From positions 1 through 27,712 of the forward strand of contig JBHLLF010000033.1 in the NCBI GenBank assembly GCA_048885865.1: a DNA stretch of 27,712 bases, given 5' to 3'. How positions within the stretch are numbered: position 1 is the stretch's first letter; each line of letters opens with the position of its first letter. The notes beneath the pieces are model-generated. The model saw nothing but the letters and a program-made list of their open reading frames with translations. It searched no databases and was not told the origin of the DNA. This stretch comes from Candidatus Hermodarchaeota archaeon (GTDB taxonomy: Archaea > Asgardarchaeota > Thorarchaeia > Thorarchaeales > Thorarchaeaceae). A program made the translations under genes and the position numbers. Below are positions 7,471-16,874 of the stretch, in pieces.

Positions 7471-10400
7471 TCAAGGAATTTCTCCATGCACTACAAACTT
7501 GTCTTCCCATTCCATCTGATGCTTCAAATTCCCTTTCATAACTTCGAGATTTCTGAGTGATTCTTCCAGACTCTCCTCGAATATTCCTGGGAATTCCTGA
7601 ACCAGCTCGCGTTTAAGACTAACTGCTCTCTCCAATAGAGAGTATGCCATTTTCTTGCTGGACATTATGTTGTAATAATTGGCATAGTTATGAAGCACTA
7701 TCGCAAGGTGAATCCTGTATATCTCGGGTGTTCTTTGAGCAAGATTTTCAATAATAGATAGAGATTTCTCAAATTGAGTCTCAGCAGATTTCATTTCTCC
7801 AGTATCAGCTAGAACTATAGCATGATTGCATAGCAAATTTGAATGAAGGCCGCTGTAGACCTCAGGTACCTCCTCCGACCGTTGCAAAGAGATTTCTAGG
7901 GCTTCTTCTATGGCCTCTTTTGCTTCAGATTGCCTGTCTTTAAGCCGCAACAGAACACTATAGTTGTTTAGAATTCCAGCCAAAAAAGCGTGCCAACGCG
8001 GCGGCATGAATTCTGATTGCCGATATATCTGAATAGCTTCCAATAAAGCCTCTTCAGCTTTGTCGAACCTCCCGTCTTTTATGTACATGACCGCGGACGA
8101 ATTGAGCTGGGCTCCCAAATACAGCCATCCACGTGTGCCTCCCTCCATGCGTTTCCGACACATCCCAATCGACTTTTCAACTGCTGAAATTGCCTCAGGG
8201 ATATTTCCACGAGCGAAATGAACATGACTTAAAATGTAATGGGCCCCTTCTATCCATGTTCTATAGACTTCCGGAAATTCTTCGAAATTCTTTTCTCCCA
8301 ACTCTAGATATTCTGTGAGGGTTTCTTCAGCTTCACTTAGTTTATGGAGCCGCAAGCTAAACATGCTTCGATTGAAGAATTGGCTACCTAATCTGCTAAG
8401 AAAGACATCTGGCTCTTTTTCAGAAAGACCTCTGCGTATCTCAAATGCCTCACGAGAAAGCTGGTCAGCTTCTTTAACGTCCCCCTTCTGATCAAGGAAT
8501 ATTGCCAAGTTATTTAGCATCGCGGAAAGAGCTGACTTTGCACGGGAGTTATCTGGGTTGGAGTCAACTACATCCCTTTGAAGCCTAATCGCTTCCCGAA
8601 AGACTCGTTCTGATTCAGTCCACTTATTACTGCGCCCAAGCATTACGCTCATAGCATTTAGGGCGGTGGGTATCAATTCCTTGCAGTCAAATCTCTCATA
8701 GATTGCAATTGCTTCTTGTGCATATGGAATCGATTCCAACGGATGCATGTCACCGAGCCACCAAGCGTATGCCAGTAGTATCTTGGCTAGGGCTTTGAGC
8801 TGTTTGGGAGATTCCTGCTCTGCAACTGTTCTCTGGATTTCTACAGCCCTTGAGATTACTTCCAGTGCTTCATCGTATCCAGTATACCTTAGCACTTCAT
8901 GTAAATCAGATAGGTATTCAGCTATGCTGTCAAGGTGTTTTGCAGAATCATCTTTGCTCAGCTCTTCAAGAATTCGTATAGCTTCCCTAGCCGCATCCTC
9001 AGCTTCGGCAAGTCGACTGAGTTTACCCAAGACCTTTGATCTAAGTCCCAAAATCTCCGCCACACCTTTGATGGAGTGGAACCTCAGATTTTCAAGAATC
9101 TTCTGAGCATTGATTACTGCATCTTTCATCACAAGTTCATTGATGACATCTTTTGCAGTCTGGATTGCCTCCTCTTCAGAGAATATTGCTCGAACAGAGA
9201 ATGCATGTCCCATTAGACTCGAATCAGCATCATCTTCAGCCTTCTTCTCAAGCAGGAGAACGACTTCATCCGCCAGACTCTTCCCGCGTGTTCCTAACTC
9301 ATTAATAATGAGATCCCTAGTAAGATCATGAAGCACATATAGACCATCATCACGGGCACGTACGAAACTCAATTGCAGAAGTCTTTGCCATAAGTCAGAT
9401 GTAAGAGACGGGGCTACGATGCCCAATATTTCACGGTTAAAACTCTCCATCAAACCTGCTCTATTGATGATATCCTGAAGCCCTGATGTCATGTTGAAGA
9501 GTCTCCGCCAAGTCTTCAAGCGAACTTCATCAAGCGTGTCAGCACGCAGGCCTTCTACATCATCAAGAGAAATGGTTCCTGCATCCTTCATGTCACAAAT
9601 AGCATCGATAACAAATGGGTTTCCACCACTGACACTCACAATCCTATTCTGTATCGACTCATCCAGCACTCCTCTCATCTCAAGTAATTCCCGAGTGCTT
9701 TCTTCATCCAACTCGGTGAGTTCTTGCACCTCGAGATTATCCGTTATATCTGCCGATTCTGGAACTGACCTTCTGCTGCCTAAGACACCCACACTGTTGC
9801 TGAGTGAGGACAGAAACACGCACCACAGTTCAGTTTCGCTGATTTTCTTTCCTGCATATCGCCAAAGAGGAGTATCGCTGTCCACATATTCAAAGTGATC
9901 AAAAAGGAAGAGAATTGGCTGATTTGGATTACTGCGATTATTCAGGTCCTCCAGCAGAGCATCAAGGAAGAGGATTTCTGCATGACGCGGCTCTTTCCAT
10001 AGAATCTCCAGCAGTTTCGCAAGATAATCCTTTCCCAGTCTATCCTGCAGCCACTGTCCCAATGAGCCAAATCTGTTCTTTATCTTGGGAGCTACCTCAG
10101 CACCGATGGAACGAATCGCATTTCCAATGCTTGCCAGAGACCCAATGAACGGGATGGCCATAACGATCTCCCTAGCCCATTCCCGCCCCTTTTCCTTGAC
10201 CGGTTCGACACCTTCTACAAATCGCTGTCGAATTTGCCAGAGCACATCGAATCTCTGAAGACTTGCGCCCAGCAAAACAGCTCCTTTTGCTAGGACATTG
10301 AGACGCTCGTAGAAGCCTGTGTGCTGGTCACAGTCAAGACGAATCGTGGAATCTATCGTACGGTTCCAGTAATCAAGTAGAGAGCTCTTGCCAATACCTC

Positions 10401-10524
10401 CTATTCCTCTCAAAACTAGAACAACACTTTGTTCCTTGCAGCGCTTCAGAGCATTGTCCATCCAGCTGATGTAGACTTCCCTATCAACAAAGAGTTGGTC
10501 CGATAGGTCGAAGCGCTCGTACAA
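7471..10524 (-). CDS. STAND-class P-loop NTPase with winged-helix and C-terminal TPR array (copy A)
   Basis: FVDRE; Walker A GIGGIGKS; Walker B ILFLFDHFE; sensor-1-like GSR; GxP motif SGGNPF; MHD-type motif LHD; many LNNLA/LNNYS-type TPR units. TTG start. Confidence 0.88.
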   Translation of the reverse strand: MYERFDLSDQLFVDREVYISWMDNALKRCKEQSVVLVLRGIGGIGKSSLLDYWNRTIDSTIRLDCDQHTGFYERLNVLAKGAVLLGASLQRFDVLWQIRQRFVEGVEPVKEKGREWAREIVMAIPFIGSLASIGNAIRSIGAEVAPKIKNRFGSLGQWLQDRLGKDYLAKLLEILWKEPRHAEILFLDALLEDLNNRSNPNQPILFLFDHFEYVDSDTPLWRYAGKKISETELWCVFLSSLSNSVGVLGSRRSVPESADITDNLEVQELTELDEESTRELLEMRGVLDESIQNRIVSVSGGNPFVIDAICDMKDAGTISLDDVEGLRADTLDEVRLKTWRRLFNMTSGLQDIINRAGLMESFNREILGIVAPSLTSDLWQRLLQLSFVRARDDGLYVLHDLTRDLIINELGTRGKSLADEVVLLLEKKAEDDADSSLMGHAFSVRAIFSEEEAIQTAKDVINELVMKDAVINAQKILENLRFHSIKGVAEILGLRSKVLGKLSRLAEAEDAAREAIRILEELSKDDSAKHLDSIAEYLSDLHEVLRYTGYDEALEVISRAVEIQRTVAEQESPKQLKALAKILLAYAWWLGDMHPLESIPYAQEAIAIYERFDCKELIPTALNAMSVMLGRSNKWTESERVFREAIRLQRDVVDSNPDNSRAKSALSAMLNNLAIFLDQKGDVKEADQLSREAFEIRRGLSEKEPDVFLSRLGSQFFNRSMFSLRLHKLSEAEETLTEYLELGEKNFEEFPEVYRTWIEGAHYILSHVHFARGNIPEAISAVEKSIGMCRKRMEGGTRGWLYLGAQLNSSAVMYIKDGRFDKAEEALLEAIQIYRQSEFMPPRWHAFLAGILNNYSVLLRLKDRQSEAKEAIEEALEISLQRSEEVPEVYSGLHSNLLCNHAIVLADTGEMKSAETQFEKSLSIIENLAQRTPEIYRIHLAIVLHNYANYYNIMSSKKMAYSLLERAVSLKRELVQEFPGIFEESLEESLRNLEVMKGNLKHQMEWEDKFVVHGEIP

Positions 10525-10567
10525 TCTATTGACTCCATAACAGTTTAGGGAATCGATTGGGATTGGC

Positions 10568-10594
10568 CTCTCATAAGATAGTCGGTATTTCCAT
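10568..10594 (-). promoter_or_regulatory. Conserved promoter-like element upstream of STAND-TPR copy A
   Basis: Minus strand ATGGAAATACCGACTATCTTATGAGAG. The CTTATG ends 48 nt upstream of the TTG start. The same motif and spacing occur before copies B and C. Confidence 0.7.
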
Positions 10595-13500
10595 TAGCTA
10601 ATGGAGGTGTCATAGAATACACCAACTTCAGTGTCTTTTTCTTCAATCCAGATTTCTTGCTCTGCGAAATCCACCATCTGAAGCGCTTCAAGTCTTCTTT
10701 TAATCGAATCAGCCTTCTTTCTTTCCGCTCGTTGCATGTAATGGAGCAATAGGTTTGATAGAACCATTTTGAAATATCGCTCATAAACAGAAGGGACTCT
10801 TGCTGCCAGATTTTCAAGGATATCAAGCGCGTCTAGATAATATTCTTCAGCTTTCGAATGTTCATCATTCAACTTGTGTATATTGCCAAGGTTGTTCAAG
10901 ATGAACCCTAGGCGACCATTGTGAAATTCGGGTGATTTTTCTGCCAGCTTTGCACGTATTTTTGTACCCTTTAGGAATACAAAGCGAGCCTCATCCACCC
11001 TATTTGCGGTAGATAGATGAACTCCAAGATTATTGAGAGTCGTCGCTACGCTACCTAGAAACATTTCCGGATTCTTTTTTGCTAATGCCTCTCTTACCTC
11101 AAGTGCTTCATGCAGAGCTTTCTCTGCCTCGTCATTCTTATTCATGGTTCTATGCAAGACGCCAAGATTATTCAATATCTGACCCAAGAGTTGCAAATGG
11201 AATACATTCTCTGGGAATTTTCGAGCTAAAACTCGGGCTATTTCAAGTGCTTCATGGAAGAATTTCTGAGCTCTGTCTGCTTCATCTGCTTCTTGGAGAA
11301 GGATTGAATAGTTGTTTAGTATCCACGCAATATACTTCTCAAAGAGGTCAGGCCAATCTTGTAGGAGTCGTTCATAGTTTCCCATTGCTTCTTCATAGCA
11401 TTCTCGAGCTTCGGAAAACTGGCGCTTTTCATAATACAAAACCGCCAAATCGTTGAGAATCTGTGAGAGCCTATGAAGATAAACCTCAGGAGTATCTTGG
11501 GCTGCTTCTCTTAAGTGATCTAGGATTTCCCTATAGTGAATTTCTGCATCAGCATAGTTGCCAGCAAATTTCATCACAAGTGCGAAATGTCTGGGGATAT
11601 ATGCGGCTCGGAATCGCCATTGGAAGGAAGCCGTCTGATACATATCAAATAAATCTCTGTACGCTCTATTAGCCTCCTGAAATCTGGATGTAAGTCTGTA
11701 GATATGTCCTAGGTATTGAAGTCTGTTCATTCTATTGATATACTCAGTATCATTCTTTGGAATTTCCATTGCTGCTTTCTCAGCTTCAATTGTGTTTCCT
11801 GCTAGAAGCAATGTATAGCAAAGATAGCTCAATGTAAATGCCCGTTCACGCGATATTGCAGATGATTCTCTACCAAACTTCTCTAGGTCCAGGGCCCTTT
11901 GCAAGAGGTCTGCTGCTTTGTTCAATCTATGCATATCTATTAGAAAGAGGCTGTACCACCAATATACACTGAATACCCAAGGATGTTTCCTCATATCTTT
12001 GAGGTCAATCTCCTCGGTAAGTTCTAGAGCTCTTTCAAACATTGCATCGGCTTCAATTGGTTTCTTTATTCTACGCAGCAAGTTGCCATATGAATTTAGA
12101 ACCTGTGCTAGATAGAACTTGTTGCTTTTAGGATCAGATTCAGCTAATTCCTCGAGAACAGCAATAGCATCTTTGAACAGATGTTCTGCTTCAGCAACTC
12201 TGTCTAGTGCCGTGAGGTGGTGTGCTTTAATCCAGGAGATTAGGGTTTGCTCTCTCAGCTCACCAAAATTAACTGAGTCAAGTAATTCAACGGCTGAGCG
12301 AAATTGCCCCCTCCAGCTTAAGTTGTTCGCAACTTCAGAAATCTTATGTATGGCAAATTCTGGAGAGTATAGACCTTGCACGGAAATGGAAAGCCCGAGG
12401 AGTGTAGGGTCATCTTGTGCTTCTGAGGTTTTCTCAAGGAGTTCAGCAACCTCATCCGCTACTACGCGGAACCGATCCCCGAGTTCTGCAACCACCAGTT
12501 CTCTTGCTAGGTCATGCATAACGTACGTTCCATCGCCTCGATTCTTTGCGAAACTAAGACCTACCATTCTTGTCCATTGATCAATGTTCATGGTTGGAGC
12601 AATAGTATTCATCACGTTTCGGTCGAAGTAGGGCAACAATCCAGCCCGATTCACTAGCTCCTGAAGGTCCTGAACCTCATTGAAGAGCCTTCTCCATGTC
12701 TTCAGCCGAACTTCCTCAAGAGTGTCTGAACGTAGACTCTCAACTGATGAAAGTGAAAGCGAATTTGATTCCGCCATATCGCATAGCGTACCAATAACGA
12801 AGGGATTACCACCGCTAACACTTACAATTCGCTCTTGTAGTTTTGAATCTGTTATTTTTCTCAAATTCAGAAGCTCGATGCAGCTCGCCATATCAAGTTC
12901 AGTTAGCTCTGAATCCTCTATCTTATGCTCGGGAGATTCAACTACTCCCTTCCTACTTGCCATAACTCCAACACAATTGGACAGAGATGACAAGAAGACA
13001 CACCATAGCTCTGCTTCAGTTATCTGCTTTCCAGCGTAACGCCAATGAGTTGCTTCGGTATCAACATATTCGAAGTGATCCATTAGAAAGAGCAGGGGTG
13101 ATTCCAGATTCTTTCTGCTATTCAAATCTTCAAGAAGTGCATCCAAATAGAGGAACTCAGCTTGATGTGGATCCTTCCAGAGTATTTCCAGAAGTTGTTC
13201 CACATGATTCTTGCCGAGGACTTCTTGTAGCCACTTGCCCAAACTGCTGTATTTCCCTTTCAGCTTGGGTGTCACTTGCGCACCTACTGCTTTTATTGCA
13301 CTGCCTATAGTTGCTAGTGATCCGATGAATGGAACTAGTGTGACTATTTCCTTTGCCCACTCACGACCTTCTTCCCTGACTGGCTCAACGCCTTCAACGA
13401 ATCGTTGACGAATCTGCCAGAGAACATCAAATCTCGGGAGTTGTACACCGAGACGCACTGCTCCTTTTGCTAGGATGTTCAATCGTGCATAGAACTCGGA

Positions 13501-13704
13501 ATATTGCTGGCAGTCCAGACGAATAGTGGAGGCAATAGTACTCGTCCAGTAATCTAGCAAGGAGCTTTTGCCAATTCCTCCGATACCCCTTAGGTGCAAT
13601 ACAACTGACTTGTCTTCGCAGCGCTTGAGAGCCTCATCCATCCATTCGAGATACTCTTCCCTGTCTACGAAGACTTGTTCAGATGGTTCGAAGCGCTTGT
13701 ACAA
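10594..13704 (-). CDS. STAND-class P-loop NTPase with winged-helix and C-terminal TPR array (copy B)
   Basis: GIGGIGKS, LLFLMDHFE, ASR, SGGNPF, canonical MHD (YVMHDLAR), and repeated ILNNLG/TLNNLG TPR units. TTG start. Confidence 0.88.
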   Translation of the reverse strand: MYKRFEPSEQVFVDREEYLEWMDEALKRCEDKSVVLHLRGIGGIGKSSLLDYWTSTIASTIRLDCQQYSEFYARLNILAKGAVRLGVQLPRFDVLWQIRQRFVEGVEPVREEGREWAKEIVTLVPFIGSLATIGSAIKAVGAQVTPKLKGKYSSLGKWLQEVLGKNHVEQLLEILWKDPHQAEFLYLDALLEDLNSRKNLESPLLFLMDHFEYVDTEATHWRYAGKQITEAELWCVFLSSLSNCVGVMASRKGVVESPEHKIEDSELTELDMASCIELLNLRKITDSKLQERIVSVSGGNPFVIGTLCDMAESNSLSLSSVESLRSDTLEEVRLKTWRRLFNEVQDLQELVNRAGLLPYFDRNVMNTIAPTMNIDQWTRMVGLSFAKNRGDGTYVMHDLARELVVAELGDRFRVVADEVAELLEKTSEAQDDPTLLGLSISVQGLYSPEFAIHKISEVANNLSWRGQFRSAVELLDSVNFGELREQTLISWIKAHHLTALDRVAEAEHLFKDAIAVLEELAESDPKSNKFYLAQVLNSYGNLLRRIKKPIEADAMFERALELTEEIDLKDMRKHPWVFSVYWWYSLFLIDMHRLNKAADLLQRALDLEKFGRESSAISRERAFTLSYLCYTLLLAGNTIEAEKAAMEIPKNDTEYINRMNRLQYLGHIYRLTSRFQEANRAYRDLFDMYQTASFQWRFRAAYIPRHFALVMKFAGNYADAEIHYREILDHLREAAQDTPEVYLHRLSQILNDLAVLYYEKRQFSEARECYEEAMGNYERLLQDWPDLFEKYIAWILNNYSILLQEADEADRAQKFFHEALEIARVLARKFPENVFHLQLLGQILNNLGVLHRTMNKNDEAEKALHEALEVREALAKKNPEMFLGSVATTLNNLGVHLSTANRVDEARFVFLKGTKIRAKLAEKSPEFHNGRLGFILNNLGNIHKLNDEHSKAEEYYLDALDILENLAARVPSVYERYFKMVLSNLLLHYMQRAERKKADSIKRRLEALQMVDFAEQEIWIEEKDTEVGVFYDTSIS

Positions 13705-13747
13705 TCTCCTAGCCCCTTATCGCGCGATAATAGGCAGTAGCAGAAGT

Positions 13748-13773
13748 CTCTCATAAGCAAGTCGGTTTTCCAT
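13748..13773 (-). promoter_or_regulatory. Conserved promoter-like element upstream of STAND-TPR copy B
   Basis: Minus strand ATGGAAAACCGACTTGCTTATGAGAG. The CTTATG ends 48 nt upstream of the TTG start. Confidence 0.7.
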
Positions 13774-13796
13774 CCAAAAGAAACTACTCTAGCACC

Positions 13797-16700
13797 CTAA
13801 TAGATCCAGAAGTATGTAATTGACGCCCTCATTTCCTCTTCTGACCAAATCCCTTCCTGAATGGCTTTTCTGATTCTCAACCCTTTGACCGCACTTTCCT
13901 CTTGAGCGGCAGTGGCTTTCTTGAATGCTTCATCTGCATCTTCTTGTTGTCCATCTCTCTTCATGATTAAGCCGATATTATTGAAACAAGAAGATATACC
14001 CGGCAGAAATAACTCTTCTGATACCTTTTTCAATTCCCGTCTTATCCTAAGACATTCAGTTAGATGTTCCAGTGCTTCAGAATTCTCGCCAGTTTCAGAT
14101 AGCGCCACACCCAAGTTGTTGAGTATCGTGGCATAATGGTGATAGAAGAGGTCTCGTGACTTTTCGACTAAGGGCTCCAATCTCTCTTTCGCTTCTCGAT
14201 AGGATTTCAACGCCTCTTGACTTCTCCCTTCATTCCTGAGAAGCACTCCAAGATTATTGAGAACAACTGCCTGCAGGTCTCTTACGAAAACAGCTTCTGG
14301 AAAATTGTGGACAAGCTGGGTCGAAATATCAAGGGCTTCAGTATACGCCTTTTCTGCTTCTTGAGCCTTGCCAGCGTGATTCAGATTTATTGCAGAGCTG
14401 TTCAGGACATCACAAAGGATGTCTTGGTATCGATCTGGAAATAGCTCTGCTGCTTGTCTGTAGAACTCTAGAGATTCAGAATAGGCATTATTGGCTTCTG
14501 CGAATCTGCCATCCTTGCTGAGAAAGTCTGCAAGATTTCTTAGACTAAGTGCAATCAGGCTCTTCCCTCTCTCTGGTTCCTCTTCAAATACCTCCTCGGC
14601 GATGTCCTGCGCTTCTGTTAGCAGTTCCTCTGCATCTGCGAATTTTCCTACCTGCAGTAGCAGAATTCCTAAGTTCACTAGAGGATCTACCAAATACGAC
14701 TTCAACTGCTTATCCTTTTCTACAAGTGTCCTACCAATTGTGACGAAATCGTTGAATACGGCTTCAGCTTCCGACGCTCTATTCAATAATTTTAGGGTAG
14801 TCCCGATAATTGACTTGCTAAAGAAATCAGTTAGGTCGATTCCCTCAATCTCATTAGCTTTCATAGCCAGTTCTTCAGCCTCGTCTGCCTTTCCCAATTG
14901 GAGCAACACATTGGCAAGACCTGCAAGCAATACTTGATGCATTCGAGAATTATGTTGCCCTTCAAATGAATGGAGGTCTTGGGGAGTGGTCATAACTCTC
15001 TCTTGAATTTCCAATGACTCTCGATATTCCACTTCTGCTTCTCCGTATCTCTTCGTAAGATGCAAGAGATCGCCGAGCGTGGAACGCATCAACGCTATAG
15101 AACCCAAATTATACCCGGGAGTCCTTTCATCAAGGCTTGTCGCTCTTCTGATTCCCTCTCTCATCGCTTCCTCGGCTTCATCAAGTCTATCCAAGCCTAT
15201 ATAGAGTGAAGCAAGACCCCCATAAGCTTCAGCTACCCAATAGCGAACATCATCTGAAACTCCGCTTGGCACATGGTCAGCCAGGCTCATCACTTCTCTA
15301 TAATCTCGTTCTGCTTCGACAACTCTTTTCAATGCAGTGAAAATCCATCCCCTGGCTATTATTCTGCAAGCATGGCCTCCCAGTGTATCGATTCTATTGT
15401 ATTCATGGAACGTAAGGGCATCAGAAAGAGCGCCTCTGTACATTAAGTCAGTGGATGTTTGAGTCAGTTTTGTGAGAGCCTCAATCTCAGATGCCAGTGA
15501 ACGAACAGCAACCGACAATCCAAGAAGAGCATAATCAGATTCTTTCTTAAATGCACTTTCGAGGCGGTTGGCTGCTTCTGTCGCCAATTCTGCGATTCTA
15601 TCTTCCATTTCCTTGACAATCAGGTCTTTGGCCAGATTGTGAAGCGCGAATGTGCTATCGCCGCGGTCTCTAATGAAGCTAAGATGAATCAACCTAGTCC
15701 ATTGGTCCGAGTCCATTTCTGGCGCAATGATATTCAACACTCGTCTATCGAAGAACGGGAGAATACCAGCTCGATTCACCAATCCTTGGAGTTCTTGTAC
15801 TTGGCTGAAGAGTCTTCTCCAAGTCTTTAGACGAACTTCTTCGAGTGTGTCTGCCCGTAGGTTCTCAATTGAGTCTAGGGAGAGCATGCCAGAATCAGCG
15901 ACATCGCAAATAGTACCAATGACAAACGGATTCCCTCCGCTCACGCTGACTATTCGTTCTTGAAGAGCGGAATCAGTGATTCCTCTCAATTCCAAGAGTT
16001 CAATGCAGCTTTCTCGTTCCAGCTCTGTGAGTTCAGATTCTTCAATGGCAATCTTTGCCTTATCCGCAACGGGTCTTCTACTGGCCATCACTCCTACGCT
16101 GTTGGACAATGATGACAAGAACACACGCCAGAGTTCAGACTCAGCAATCTCCTTCCCACCATACCTCCAATGAGTCTTTTCTGCGTTGACCCTTTCGAAA
16201 TGATCAAAGAGAAAGAGGATTGGCATTCCAGGGTTCGTTCGTTCGTTTATGTCCTCAAGCAACGCATCCAGGTAGAGGAATTCCGCATGATGAGGATCCT
16301 TCCAAAGTATCTCTAGAAGTCGCTCAACATGATAATCTCCTAATGTGTCTTGGAGCCATTTTCCGACTGCTCCATACCTTTCTTTCAGCTTTGGAGCCAC
16401 TTTTGCGCTCACAGAACGGATTGCTATCCCGATGCTGACAAGAGAGCCTATGAATGGAATCGCAGAAATGACATCCTCTGCCCACTCCCGCCCAGATTCC
16501 TTGACTGGTTCGACTCCCTGTACAAACCGCTGTCTGATTTGCCAAAGAACATCAAATCTTTGTAGAGGAATTCCGAGCAAGACTGCTCCTTTGGCCAAGA
16601 CATTCAATCGATCATAGAACTCGGTATACTGCTGACAGTCAAGTACAATGGTGGTTTCCACGGTCTTCTTCCAGTGTTCGAGAAGTGAACTTTTCCCAAT

Positions 16701-16829
16701 CCCTCCAATACCACGAAGGTGCAGGACGACACTCTTCTCTTTGCAGCGTCTGAGCGCCTCAGTCATCCAATCGATATACTCCTCTCTATCTACGAAGATT
16801 TTCTCGGAGGGTTGGAAGTGCTTGTACAC
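13797..16829 (-). CDS. STAND-class P-loop NTPase with winged-helix and C-terminal TPR array (copy C)
   Basis: GIGGIGKS, ILFLFDHFE, ASR, SGGNPF, variant LHN at the MHD position, and TPR units. I moved the start from 16919 to GTG 16829: (M)YKHFQPSEKIFVDRE aligns with the N-termini of copies A and B, and the 48-nt motif spacing is restored. Confidence 0.88.
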   Translation of the reverse strand: MYKHFQPSEKIFVDREEYIDWMTEALRRCKEKSVVLHLRGIGGIGKSSLLEHWKKTVETTIVLDCQQYTEFYDRLNVLAKGAVLLGIPLQRFDVLWQIRQRFVQGVEPVKESGREWAEDVISAIPFIGSLVSIGIAIRSVSAKVAPKLKERYGAVGKWLQDTLGDYHVERLLEILWKDPHHAEFLYLDALLEDINERTNPGMPILFLFDHFERVNAEKTHWRYGGKEIAESELWRVFLSSLSNSVGVMASRRPVADKAKIAIEESELTELERESCIELLELRGITDSALQERIVSVSGGNPFVIGTICDVADSGMLSLDSIENLRADTLEEVRLKTWRRLFSQVQELQGLVNRAGILPFFDRRVLNIIAPEMDSDQWTRLIHLSFIRDRGDSTFALHNLAKDLIVKEMEDRIAELATEAANRLESAFKKESDYALLGLSVAVRSLASEIEALTKLTQTSTDLMYRGALSDALTFHEYNRIDTLGGHACRIIARGWIFTALKRVVEAERDYREVMSLADHVPSGVSDDVRYWVAEAYGGLASLYIGLDRLDEAEEAMREGIRRATSLDERTPGYNLGSIALMRSTLGDLLHLTKRYGEAEVEYRESLEIQERVMTTPQDLHSFEGQHNSRMHQVLLAGLANVLLQLGKADEAEELAMKANEIEGIDLTDFFSKSIIGTTLKLLNRASEAEAVFNDFVTIGRTLVEKDKQLKSYLVDPLVNLGILLLQVGKFADAEELLTEAQDIAEEVFEEEPERGKSLIALSLRNLADFLSKDGRFAEANNAYSESLEFYRQAAELFPDRYQDILCDVLNSSAINLNHAGKAQEAEKAYTEALDISTQLVHNFPEAVFVRDLQAVVLNNLGVLLRNEGRSQEALKSYREAKERLEPLVEKSRDLFYHHYATILNNLGVALSETGENSEALEHLTECLRIRRELKKVSEELFLPGISSCFNNIGLIMKRDGQQEDADEAFKKATAAQEESAVKGLRIRKAIQEGIWSEEEMRASITYFWIY

Positions 16830-16874
16830 TCTATGATGCCCCGGTTGAGCGATGGGGTACGTTCGACCGAGTAC

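Noticed and set aside
10545-10826. 93-aa ORF between STAND copies B and A as a small partner gene
   Set aside because: It lies almost entirely within copy B in another frame and runs over the promoter motif. No equivalent exists at the other junction.
7471-16829. Assignment to a named Avs defence type, or diversification by a DGR
   Set aside because: There is no nuclease, protease, SIR2 or TIR effector, no reverse transcriptase, no template/variable repeat pair and no other defence gene in the window. An immune function remains a hypothesis.
8133-16836. Many plus-strand ORFs of 60-150 aa inside the STAND-TPR genes, some resembling each other
   Set aside because: These are antisense shadows of the real minus-strand genes. 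Their mutual similarity simply mirrors the paralogy, and they are Ser-rich with no motifs.
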